From: a virus
Lineage: Duplodnaviria > Heunggongvirae > Uroviricota > Caudoviricetes
Length of the DNA stretch: 64,000 nt
Virus record (IMG/VR): IMGVR_UViG_3300029305_002265
Reading direction: 5' to 3' (one strand)
How positions within the stretch are numbered: the stretch's first letter is position 1; each line of letters starts with the position of its first letter. A program made the position numbers and the translations under genes. Shown here piece by piece: positions 46,187-56,700 of the stretch. Below the pieces are notes generated by a model. It was not told the DNA's origin. It ran no database searches and saw nothing but the letters and a program-made list of their open reading frames with translations.

Positions 46187-49100
46187 ATGGCTGATAAAAT
46201 TACAAATGATATAACCCTGTTATTTAAAACGAAGTTGGATGAAAAAAGCAAACAAGAGGTTGGTAAAAATCTGAAGAGTCTGCTTGAGAATGCGGCAATT
46301 GGTTTTGACGAAGCGGAAACTAAGCGAAATCTTGAGCCAATCATTCGAATGATGAAAAAGCTCTTCGATAAAGCCGAAATAGCATTTGATGCCGATCAAC
46401 TGCTTGCAATGCCCAGTAAACAGGCACTGCAGAAGATGGCTGAAATAGAAGTAGACCAGTTGCAGTTGGCCTTTGACAAAGCATTAGCTAAGAGCGGCGG
46501 TATTAAGATCGACTTTGGCGATATGGATTTGTCGGCAACGACCGAATCTCTGAAAAAGTTAAACAATGAGGTGTCCAGGATTGGAGATAGGGTTGCGAGT
46601 ACAACCAAGAAGAGTGTGCGCGAGATTGAAAACACCATAACATCTCTCAGCAAAACCAAAAAACTCGATGAAACCGTAGAACATATCGAAAAAACTCTTG
46701 AGGCGGTTAATGACCCCAAACATTATACTTCGCAGAAATCAGCCGCAAAAGCGCTCCAACAAGCCCGTGATGCGCTTAATAAATCGGTTGAAAATAATGA
46801 TCCTTGGGAGAAGCAGTATCAACATATGCTAAAATTTGTTTCAAGATATGAAGCAATGACCAAAAAGGTTAAGCCATTGATTGATGAGGAGAGACCTGAA
46901 TTCAAATCTCTTTATGAGCAACTTGTGCCTAAGGCAGGCGAAATGAAAATGTCTCTTGAACACCTGATTGATCTTAGACAGGGCAATGAGCTTAGGGAAT
47001 ATAAAAATCAACCTTGGGCAAGAGAAACAACGCTCAAACAGATTAGGGATAGTCTGAAGAATGGCATTACTGTCAAGGAGGGCACTGGCGGCATCGACGA
47101 ACGCCACGTAGATAACCCTACTCCGCCTTGGGAAGAAAACGATAATAAAACTACTAAGGTTCCAAATACTAAGGAGCCACTCGTGGACCCTGTGGACGTT
47201 AAGGGTGCCGAGTTAGTTATAGAAGCCGAAGAAGAAAGGCTGCGCCTTGTTGAGCAAAGAAGAATTGAAGAAGAGAAAGCGGCGGAGGCGGCCAGAAAAG
47301 CCGCCGAGGAAGCGAAGAAGAAAAAGAAGGCTGAAACGGTAAGTACTCCAAAAACAGAAACAGAAAAACTGATATACGACGCGGTTAAAGCCGCAAAAGG
47401 TGACAGGACTGACGGTCAGTGGGAAAATCTGGACTTAGATACAAGAGAGAGATTACTTGAAAAATCACTGAAATCTAGTATTGATTTTTCTGCGCTAGAT
47501 GAAGACCAGCAATTTGATTTGTTGTATGATGCTGCGGGATATAGTATTGGAGCAAAAGGAAATAATTTATCTAAGATTGCAGCAAAATATGATGGACAGA
47601 TTAAAGCCATAGAGCAGGTGGTAGAATTATCTTTGGATGAAGCATACAGCAATGCGTCAGAGGATATTCAGAAGCTTGTTCAACGATATGCTCAAGTTTT
47701 TGATAGTGGCAACGATGAATCTTTTGATTTGTATGACAAAATTAGAGAAAAAGATAGTGCTCTTGCTGACTTAATTGACAGCGATGATGGATGGGAGAAT
47801 TTGAAAAGCAGATTGAACTCGGAGAGTGGGTCTGTCACACCTCCTGTAACCGAGAGTGCTACCGAGCAGACCAATAGTTCTCTCGCAGAGCAAACAACTC
47901 TATTGGAGAAAATTCAGAAACTTACAACGTATATAGACGATGAATATTTGAGCGCCGGCAAACATCTTTCAGATTTCCTAGATGATGTTCAAAGGGAAAG
48001 TGGTGAGCTTGATGGCGAACTCAAAGAAATATTAACTACGCTAAACCTTATTGATGACAAAGGAAATTTGACCTTTAATGTTAAACGCAACGGCGAAGAA
48101 GGCGGCGGCACTACTCATAATGGCGCACTCATTAGCGATGACTTTGTATTAATCGAAAGAGGGAACTATGAGCGCGTTAAAAATAGTAAATTGCCCGACT
48201 CTACGCAATCCGCTGCTAAAGATGGTGTAAATGTTGCTGAAGTTTTAGGGTATTTACCTTCTAAACATACTGAAGGCTTCTTTGATGTACAAGGTACAGC
48301 AAAAGGACACAATTTGTTTGAAGGCGGTGTATTAAGTCAGGATGTAGTTAATGCGACCGAAGATCAATTGGAACAACTTATTCAAGCATTTATCAAGGCT
48401 ATCGACTATGGTTTTAATATTGAAAACGGTGGAAGTAATATTGTTTATGATAAAGAAAAGGGCTTCTCATTCTATGACTTAGAAGAGTTGTCTGTGGACG
48501 AGGCGGATTTTTGGAATAGTAAAACCGAAGCCGAAAAGAAGCTTTGGGCATTAGAAGAGTTGTTTTCATTATTTTCTGGTATCAATAGAGACCATGATGG
48601 ACTCGAAAATGACGATGGCGCTGGTGTTTTAGCAGAGCGCATCAGGGGCGTTGTTGAGGCGAAAAACATAGTATCTTTTGATGATGTTGACGAAAAGGGA
48701 CGTAATTACGAAGATATATATGACGATGTGTTTAGTCGCAATATAGATGACGAATTTGCTGATATTTTAGCGCAAGTAGATGCCGAAGCGGAGGCACATC
48801 GAGAAAATGCGGCGACAATCGTTGCAGAAACTCAGGCACAAGAGACTCTGAATGACGCAAAGGTTGAAGGTCAGCGGATAGATGTCAAAGAGGATGTTTC
48901 CACCGTGGTGGACAAACCGGTTGCTACAGTTGAGCCCGCAGGCGAAGTTGCAGCTAAGAGCTCCATTCAAACAGAAGAACTTAGACAGTTATTAAATTCA
49001 ATTACTTATAACGTAAAAGTAGTCCAAGATGCTGAGCCGGCTGAAGATAATAAAATTTCTATTGACGAGGCGGCGCTAGAGAATGTTCTTAATAGAATTA

Positions 49101-51153
49101 CTTATAATGTCAAGATTGCACATGATGATGCGGATAAAACTGCAAATAAGATTGCAATAGATGAGGGCGCACTTGAACAGACGCTTAATAGAGTGTTTGC
49201 GAATGTGCTTAACCCAGAAGTTGATCAAGCCGAATCCGAATCCAAGAATGAACCCTGGGCATTAGAAAAGACACTCCTTTCTGTTAAGGAAGTGCTTGAT
49301 GGTATTCGCACAAACACAACGAAGGCAGAATCTGTTGAAATTGCTCCTGTAAACATGGAGGTTGATAATGTATTAGCAACCGAGAATACTTTGGCGGCGA
49401 TTAAAACTGCAGTCGAGGCAATTAACAAGAAGGTTATTAAAGGCACGAAGGCTAAAACATCTAATGGCGGTGCCGAAAAGAAAGCCGGCGTAGGCAAGAA
49501 GAATACAGAAAACTACGCTGGTTCCCAGTATTTCACTGAAAAACTTAAGACCCAGACTATGCAACTTGCGAAGTTCAGAGCGCAGTTAATGACCACCGGC
49601 AAATTGACCGACGATGTTGATGCGCAGATTTACGAGTTACTTGATGCACTGGCGCAGGTTAAGAATGGCCCCGACTTCTCTCAGTGGGCTCAGAAGTTCC
49701 AGCAGTTAAAAACATCGGTTGGAATTACGGACATTTTTGACAAGGCTGAAGGTAAAGAGGCTACAGCTTCTTATCAGCAGTTAATCGAATTCCAGAAGAC
49801 TCGTAATAAATTAGAACTTCAGTACGAGAAAGCACAAGACGGTTCAGCACTCAAGCAGTTCTATTCAGAGCAGCTAACACAAATGGATAACGTAATCGCA
49901 AAGCAGGAAGAAATGCTCGAAAACGAAGAGTATGAGGCAAAGCTTGCGAAAATACGTGAAGAACAGGCCAGAAAACTTGGTGAGGCAGAGGCTAAAGCTG
50001 CAGATAAGGCGGCGAAGAAAACTGCTACCAATGCTAAGAAGATGGCTCAGAGAGAAGCTATGCTTGGTAAGGCTGGTAATGCCGTTGGACGCGCAGAAAA
50101 CACTTGGATGAGTGCTATTGGTCTTGAGGGTGAGTTACCTGCTGGTTTTGTAGCAGATATAGACAAATATTATCAGAAACTTGATGCACTCAGAAAGAAA
50201 CATCAAGAGTTGAAAAATAGTGATATTATTTCCGAAGAACAAAAGAAGGAATTAATTGATCAGACAATAAGCATTAATAAGATGACTGAGGAAATTGGCG
50301 GATTGATATCTCAGTATCAACGCCTAAGCGGAGATAATACTGAGGTCTTGGGTGCTAGTACTCTCAGTGATAAAGCGACAATAGGTGAATACGAACAGGC
50401 ATTAAGACAAGCGGTAATGACCGCTACTAATGGCAAGGCTCAAATCAAAGGTTTCGACCACGATACAAAAACTTTAACCTATACTTTAAAAACGGGTAAA
50501 CACGCGTTTACTGAATATACGGCGGAAGTTAGGGAGCTAGATCATCAATACACGTCTACCGCTGGTAAGACCAAGAAGATGGAAACCTTCCTTGAGGCAA
50601 CCAAGCGTAAGATGAAAGAACTTACGTCTTATTTCTCTGGTATGGCGGTGTTTAATCGTGTTGGTCAGGAACTGAGACGTGGCATTCAGTATGTCAGAGA
50701 GATTGATTTAGCATTGACGGAGCTCAAGAAGGTAACAGACGAGACAGAAGAAACTTATGATAAATTCTTAGATACTGCGGCAAAGACTGGTGCTAGACTT
50801 GGTACTACGATTTCTGCTGTAACTGAGGCGACTGCAACGTTCGCTAAGCTTGGATACAGTATGGAACAAGCTACTGAGATGGCTGAGGCTGCTATTGTAT
50901 ATAAAAATGTTGGTGACAATATTGAAAGTACTGGAGATGCTGCGGACAGTATTATCAGTACGATGAAGGGCTTTAGACTTGAAGCGTCTGAGTCTATGGC
51001 AATTGTTGATAGGTTTAATGAGGTAGGAAACCGCTTTGCGATTACTTCTCAGGGCATTGGCGAAGCATTAAGGCTTTCTGCGAGTGCTTTAAGTGAGGGC
51101 GGCAACTCACTCGACGAATCAATTGGTTTAATTACGGCCGCAAATGAGGTGGT
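46187..51153 (+). CDS. Tape measure protein, exon 1
   Basis: TP901-type core motifs (REIDLALTELKKVTDE...DRFNEVGNRFAITSQGIGEAL...LITAANEV); ends at the U of a P1 U:G pair. Confidence 0.9.
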
Positions 51154-51279
51154 AAGATTTATGCCACGTAGCCATAGTAATATGGTTACTAGAAGTGACT
51201 TAAAACGGGGAAACTCCTGAGAAGGACAATCCCGTGGGTAAGAATATGTAAATATTTTGTAAATAATATTATAATTATA

Positions 51280-51307
51280 TTGACATTTTAAAATAAAGTA
51301 TTATAAT
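51280..51307 (+). promoter_or_regulatory. Consensus sigma70/sigmaA-type promoter inside intron A
   Basis: TTGACA-16 nt-TATAAT with AT-rich upstream DNA. Confidence 0.6.
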
Positions 51308-51316
51308 ATATACACT

Positions 51317-51327
51317 ACAAAATGATT
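51317..51327 (+). promoter_or_regulatory. ACAAAATGATT motif copy in intron A L6
   Basis: Exact 11-mer with no ORF behind it. Confidence 0.45.
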
Positions 51328-51514
51328 AATATTCCCTGTAACGATCACAGAGACATAGGTAACTATTCTCGTATGTCACTATCCTATATATTAGGATAAA
51401 GAGATGATCTAAACTCATGCTATAATCTAATAATGAAACATGAGAGTTAGCCAGAAATGACTAACCGCCATAGAAATATGGTCAGTAGGCGTGGGAGCCG
51501 AAAGTAATAGATTG

Positions 51515-51718
51515 GAATGACCCTTCAAGCGTAGGAACCGCGCTAAAAACTTTGACATTACGTCTTAGAGGTTCAAAAACAGAACTTGAGGAAATGGGCG
51601 AAGACGTATCCGATATGGCTACGACCACATCCCAACTTCAAGCAAAACTTTTAGCTCTAACTGGTGGACAAGTTGACATCATGTTAGACGAAAATACGTT
51701 TAAGAATTCGACTGAGAT
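51515..51718 (+). CDS. Tape measure protein, exon 2 (204 nt)
   Basis: NDPSSVGTALKTLTLRLRGSKTELEEMGED...NTFKNSTE; phase 2 at both ends. Confidence 0.9.
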
Positions 51719-51846
51719 AAATTATATGTCTCCATATGGGGAAACTTATATGCTATGTGCGTAAACATAGATAACAACTATATCGGTTAAAGACCAGAGG
51801 TGGTTCAGACCGAGCAAAGATTTATAATATTGCAAGGAGAAGAATT

Positions 51847-52029
51847 ATGAAAAAATATCGTTGTGAGTCGGTTAGATTGTGTAGATTTTTATATGGTCTT
51901 GGTTTTGATAAAGAATCCATACAATATAATGGACAAGAAGCATGGTTGTTTGATAGAAGTCCTGAGTTGCAAGAAAGTTTGGATTTCTTTTTTTACATGA
52001 GGCAAAAATTAAAAAACAATACAAAATGA
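51847..52029 (+). CDS. Small intron-encoded protein (possibly DUF5659-like)
   Basis: 60 aa, AAGGAG RBS; Y..S..L..FL..LGF...W.F..S.EL pattern. Confidence 0.7.
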   Translation: MKKYRCESVRLCRFLYGLGFDKESIQYNGQEAWLFDRSPELQESLDFFFYMRQKLKNNTK

Positions 52030-52031
52030 TT
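52021..52031 (+). promoter_or_regulatory. ACAAAATGATT motif copy upstream of intron B endonuclease
   Basis: Exact 11-mer before the AAGGAG RBS. Confidence 0.5.
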
Positions 52032-52048
52032 AATTATTAAAGGAGCGA

Positions 52049-53554
52049 ATGAATATGAAATTAAGTTTTTATGATTGGTGTGTTCAAAATGAACGCAAAG
52101 ATTTATTGGGTCGATGGGATTATATTTTAAATAATTGTAGCCCAAAGGATATTTCATATGGTAGTGGGAAAGACATGTATTTTATATGTGATAAGGAACC
52201 AAATCATACATCTGAAAAACACCGGATTAGTCATATTACCAATATTGGTATTGATATTGATTGTAAGCAATGTAATTCTTTTTATCAATGGTGCATAGAT
52301 AACTCTCGACAAGATTTAATAGATGCGTGGGATTATGATTTGAATAAAGATGATATACATTTTGTGCCATATGGCAGTGGTAAAAAATTTTATTTTTGTA
52401 TTGAAACTAATATGCCAAGCATTCGATATGCTCTTTGTGAAATCACGGGATACAAACAATTGTGTCCTATTAAAAAGTTTTACAATTCATTTGGATATTG
52501 GTTGGTATCAACATATGGCAATACAGCAATTGAAAAATACTGGTCTGACAAAAATAAACGCACTCCTTGGGATTATGATAAGGGCAGTGGAAAATATGTG
52601 TGGTTTAAGTGTTTAGAAAAAGACTATCACGATGATTATTTTTCGCAAATTTATCATTTCGTTAAAGGTTCAAGATGCCCGTGGTGTGCAGGTAAAAAAA
52701 TACATCCATTGGATTCGTTTGCTCAATACAATATTAATAGGTTGGGCAAGGATTTTTTAGAAAAGTATTGGTGTAAAGACAATACCATAGATCCGTGGTC
52801 GATACGTCCATTTACAAATGGATTACAGGTACATATTCAATGTCAGCATAAAGATTATCATCAGTATTGGGTAGAAGCATCAGATTATAGCATAGGTGTA
52901 GACTGCCCATTCTGTAATAGAAGTAGATTGCATACTAATGATAGTCTTGGCGTGTTGTATCCAAAAACCGTAATTTTATGGTCGGATAAAAATGAGAAGA
53001 GTCCATATGACTATCATCCACATAGTCATAAATTTGCATGGTGGAAATGTGAAAACGGCATTCACGAAGATTATGCCAGAAGGATTTCAGACGTGACATC
53101 ACAGGGATTTGACCGTTGTTCTAGTTGTGTGCGAGCAGAACATGAGTCATCTTTTCAAAAAGAAGTTAGAATGTTTTTAGAAAATATGCAATATCAATTA
53201 CTACATGAGTTTGATTGCAATATTGTGCCAATAAATCCAAATACAAAACAAAAAATGCCTTTTGATAACGAATTATGTGGGGTTTATGGTAAAAATATTA
53301 TTATAGAAACGCATGGAATACAACATTATGAGCTTGGTGGGTGGCATATCACGCGAGCTAAGCAGAGAGGTATTACGCCAGAAGAAGAGTTTGAATATCA
53401 AAAATGGAAGGATGCCTTTAAGAAAGAGTTTGCAATTTCTAACGAATATGAATATTTAGAAATACCATACTGGACTATTGAAGACGGAACATACAAAAAC
53501 TTAATTTTAGAGAAAATTAATCAAATTAAATTGCAATATTATAAAAATGCGTAG
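52049..53554 (+). CDS. Putative homing endonuclease: zinc-ribbon (DUF4379-like) repeats plus C-terminal Vsr-like PD-(D/E)xK domain
   Basis: Repeated W...N..sP.D...GSgk..WfkC...H...CPwC units; C-terminal ESSFQ...PFDN...IIIETHGIQHY...D..K..FA...LEIPYW. Confidence 0.8.
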   Translation: MNMKLSFYDWCVQNERKDLLGRWDYILNNCSPKDISYGSGKDMYFICDKEPNHTSEKHRISHITNIGIDIDCKQCNSFYQWCIDNSRQDLIDAWDYDLNKDDIHFVPYGSGKKFYFCIETNMPSIRYALCEITGYKQLCPIKKFYNSFGYWLVSTYGNTAIEKYWSDKNKRTPWDYDKGSGKYVWFKCLEKDYHDDYFSQIYHFVKGSRCPWCAGKKIHPLDSFAQYNINRLGKDFLEKYWCKDNTIDPWSIRPFTNGLQVHIQCQHKDYHQYWVEASDYSIGVDCPFCNRSRLHTNDSLGVLYPKTVILWSDKNEKSPYDYHPHSHKFAWWKCENGIHEDYARRISDVTSQGFDRCSSCVRAEHESSFQKEVRMFLENMQYQLLHEFDCNIVPINPNTKQKMPFDNELCGVYGKNIIIETHGIQHYELGGWHITRAKQRGITPEEEFEYQKWKDAFKKEFAISNEYEYLEIPYWTIEDGTYKNLILEKINQIKLQYYKNA

Positions 53555-53735
53555 AGACTGCAGGTTATATGTGGTAACACATATAATGAAGTTGTTCGCC
53601 CTGTCGTAAGACGAGCGTAATATACAGTCCGCTCTCACAGTATAACCAAACAATGAAGTGTGAGAGATAGGCCGAAAGACCTATCCGCCACAGAAATGTG
53701 GTTAGTAACCATTCTCTGGTGAAAGTAACAGTAGG

Positions 53736-56700
53736 ATTAAGAGAAATGGCAGAAGCATGGGAAGATATGAATGATATCCAGCGTGCATCTGCATTGGAAT
53801 TGATGGGAGGCAAGAGGCAGGCAAACGTTCTTTCCGCCCTCATCCAAAACTTCGACACAGTAGAAAGTGTAATCGAGACCTCCGCCAACAGCGCAGGCTC
53901 GGCATTAAAAGAAAATGAACGCTACCTTGATTCAATTCAAGGTAAAATTGACCAATTCAACAACGCTATGCAAGCAATGTGGAGCAACACGCTTGATAGC
54001 GGCTGGGTCAAGGGTTTTGTAGAATTAGCTACTCAACTCGTTAAAATCGTTGATGCAATTGGCCCTCTTAACATTGCTCTTGTCGGTTTCTTTACATATC
54101 TTGAAAAGAAGCATGGTGTTCTGAGCAATTTCTTTAAGCCGGCAGAAGATGGCGTCGAAGCGCTCAAGAAGCAACTCGCAAAAGCCGAGCAAGATCTTGC
54201 TAAGGCAACTCAAGCAGACATGCAACATGGTAGTAAGAAAACTGCTCAAAACAGAAGAGACGCAGAAGAAAGAGTTGCAATTTTGAAATCTAAAATTCAA
54301 GAATCTTCTTCAGAAGCGATTCTTGACGGCATCGATGAATCTTTTGACCCAGGAAAAGTCAAGAAATCAATTGGCGGCAAAAAAGGCGCTATTACAAAAC
54401 GAGCAAAGAAGCTCGAAAGTGAGGGCATGTCTTTTGCTCAAATTCAAGAAGATCCTAAAATTAAACAATGGACGCAAGAAGTCAAAGAAGGTGAACAAGC
54501 ACTTAATGACTATAATGCAAAAGTCGTACAAGCCGATGTTATTTTGAAACAGAAGAATGCAACCACCGCTCAGGCTGCCGGTGTTGAAAACGCAAAGGCA
54601 GGAGCAGAAGCCGGTGATGCTGTTGCGACAAATGCCGGAACTGTGGCTGATGCAAATGCAACTACTGCTACGACTACAAAAACAGCGGCTACCTGGGCTG
54701 ATATTTGGGCTGAGATGACGCGCACCGGTGCGACTGGTGCATCTGTGGCCGCAACCATTAAGCAAGTGTTAGCAACTAAGCTTGCCAATTCGGCTTTGGT
54801 GCAGAAGGGGCTCGCAATTATGGGTGTTACAGCGGCAGAGGGTGCAAGCATTCCTGTGACAACCATGCTCGCAGGTGGTTTTGTTGGTCTTGCTAGTAGC
54901 ATATGGTCTGCTATTACAGCCATGTGGACATTCATGACTACAACTCCAATTGGTTGGATATTGCTTGCCGTAGGTGCTGTTGTTGCTCTTGGCGCAGCAT
55001 TTTCTGCTATACATAAAACCACAGAAGAACTTAAAGAAGAATTAGACGGTTTCAAGTCCGAACTCTCTGACGTTCGCTCCGAATTAGATTCTGTTAACTC
55101 TGAACTTGAAACAACCAACAAGCGTATGGAAGAACTTCTTGCGAAAGATAAATTAACATTCGAAGAGCAAGAAGAACTTGATAGATTGCGTGCTACAAAT
55201 GATGAATTGGAGCGTCGTAAAAAGCTTTTAGAGAGCGAAGAAGAATACAAAACCGGGCTCGTTGGTCGCCAGGCGGCAAGAGTTGTTGACAGTACAAAGA
55301 ATAATTATGACTTTTGGGAAAGTATTCTTCCTGTTGTACGTCATTTCAAAACAACTGCGGAAGAAGATGTAAAAAATAATATTGACGATTATAAGAAGAT
55401 TAAAGAAAAATTTGATAATGCGTCCACCTTAATATGGCAAGAGGAATATCAAAAGCAACTCGATGCAAAAGCTGCTGAAATAGATAAATATATTCTCGAA
55501 TTATCAGAGGCATTAGATGGTGTGGAATACGGCGACAGTGAAGAGTCTGATGCAGCACTAGACTATTTGGCTGAGCTTCAAGATACTTATGGTATTGCGC
55601 GTGGCTCCGCTAGTGCAGAAACAAATGCTATTAAGGGTGTATTCAATAAACCAGAATTCGAATCTATGTCTAAAGCTATCAACTATTATGTTGAGGCGTT
55701 AAAAGATGGAGATGAGAATGCTGCCACATCTATTGAGGAAATCATCAATAACAACGAAGATTTGGTTGCAGACCTTGAAGCCCATGGTGTTGATGCGGAT
55801 AAAGCTATTAAGTATTGGACACAGCTTGGCTCGGATGCGAATTTTTCTACTCTTGAGGGTAAAACTGAAGAGATTAAAAGGGCGACAGAAAAACTTCCAG
55901 ATGCGTTTAACAACATTAGTCAATTTATGGATGGTGACGAGGTTGATAAGACTGCTATCGCAGAATATTTTAAAGGCACATCCGATAAAACCCGCGAAGA
56001 AATTGCTAAACTCATCCAGGATATCAATGACGGCAAGATTGACGTCAATAATGCTCTAAAGAAGTTTGAACTTTTTGGTGTACAATCCGTAGTTGAAATT
56101 GAAATTAGTGAAGTTCAAACAAACTTCAAAGATACCTTTACAGACCTTGAAAATGCTGATGGACTGATTAACACATTCCAAGAACTTGCTGATGCTATTG
56201 GCAGTACCTCTAAGGCTATGGATGCGTTGAATGCGGCGCAGGCCGAAATGGACTATAGTGGGCGAGTTTCTATTGAGACCGCGTTAAAACTTATGGAGTC
56301 AACTGATGATTACAGTAAAGTTTTAACTATCTCGGAAGGTAAGCTTGTACTTGCCGAAGACGCAGAAGAAAACTTAATTGACGCTCGACTTGAGGGCATG
56401 AAGGCTTCTGCCCTTAAGGCTTTAGAAGAAGCTAAAGCAGCAAGAGAAACTACCGTATTGGCTCGTTCTACTGCGGAGACAGCATTGTCAACATATAATT
56501 CTGCGATAGAGACTGAAATGGCAGCCGCTGTTACCGCTACCGCATGGGATAAAGTGCTTGCTGCAGCCGCTGGTTTATGGGCCGGTATTAAGAGTTTGTT
56601 TACCGATGAGTCTTGGACCGAGGCATACGATAGAGCATATCAAGAAACCTTGAATTCACTTGGTGGTGATAGAGCTGCTGAGGTTAAAGCAAAATATGCC

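Larger units (their letters stand above)
51154..51514 (+). ncRNA. Group I intron A of the tape measure gene (ORF-less, 361 nt)
   Basis: P1 GTGGT/GCCAC; P3 AGTGAC/GTCACT; P4 ACGGG/CCCGT; P7 GATCA(51343)/TGATC(51405); P8 ATCCTA/TAGGAT; P9.0 AA/TT before omega-G 51514. Removal gives NEVV-NDPSSVGTALK in frame. Confidence 0.92.
51719..53735 (+). mobile_element. Group I intron B of the tape measure gene (2017 nt) with two ORFs in L6
   Basis: P1 GAGAT/GTCTC; P3 AACAACT/AGTTGTT; P4 TCGGT/ACCGA; perfect 15-bp P6a 51821-51835/53531-53545; P7 GACTG/CAGTC; P9.0 CT/AG before omega-G 53735. Removal gives KNSTEI-LREMAEAW in frame. Confidence 0.93.

Noticed and set aside
51154-53735. Track ORF ends and starts 51220, 51552..51764 and 53698 as separate genes
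   Set aside because: Artefacts of reading into or out of the group I introns.
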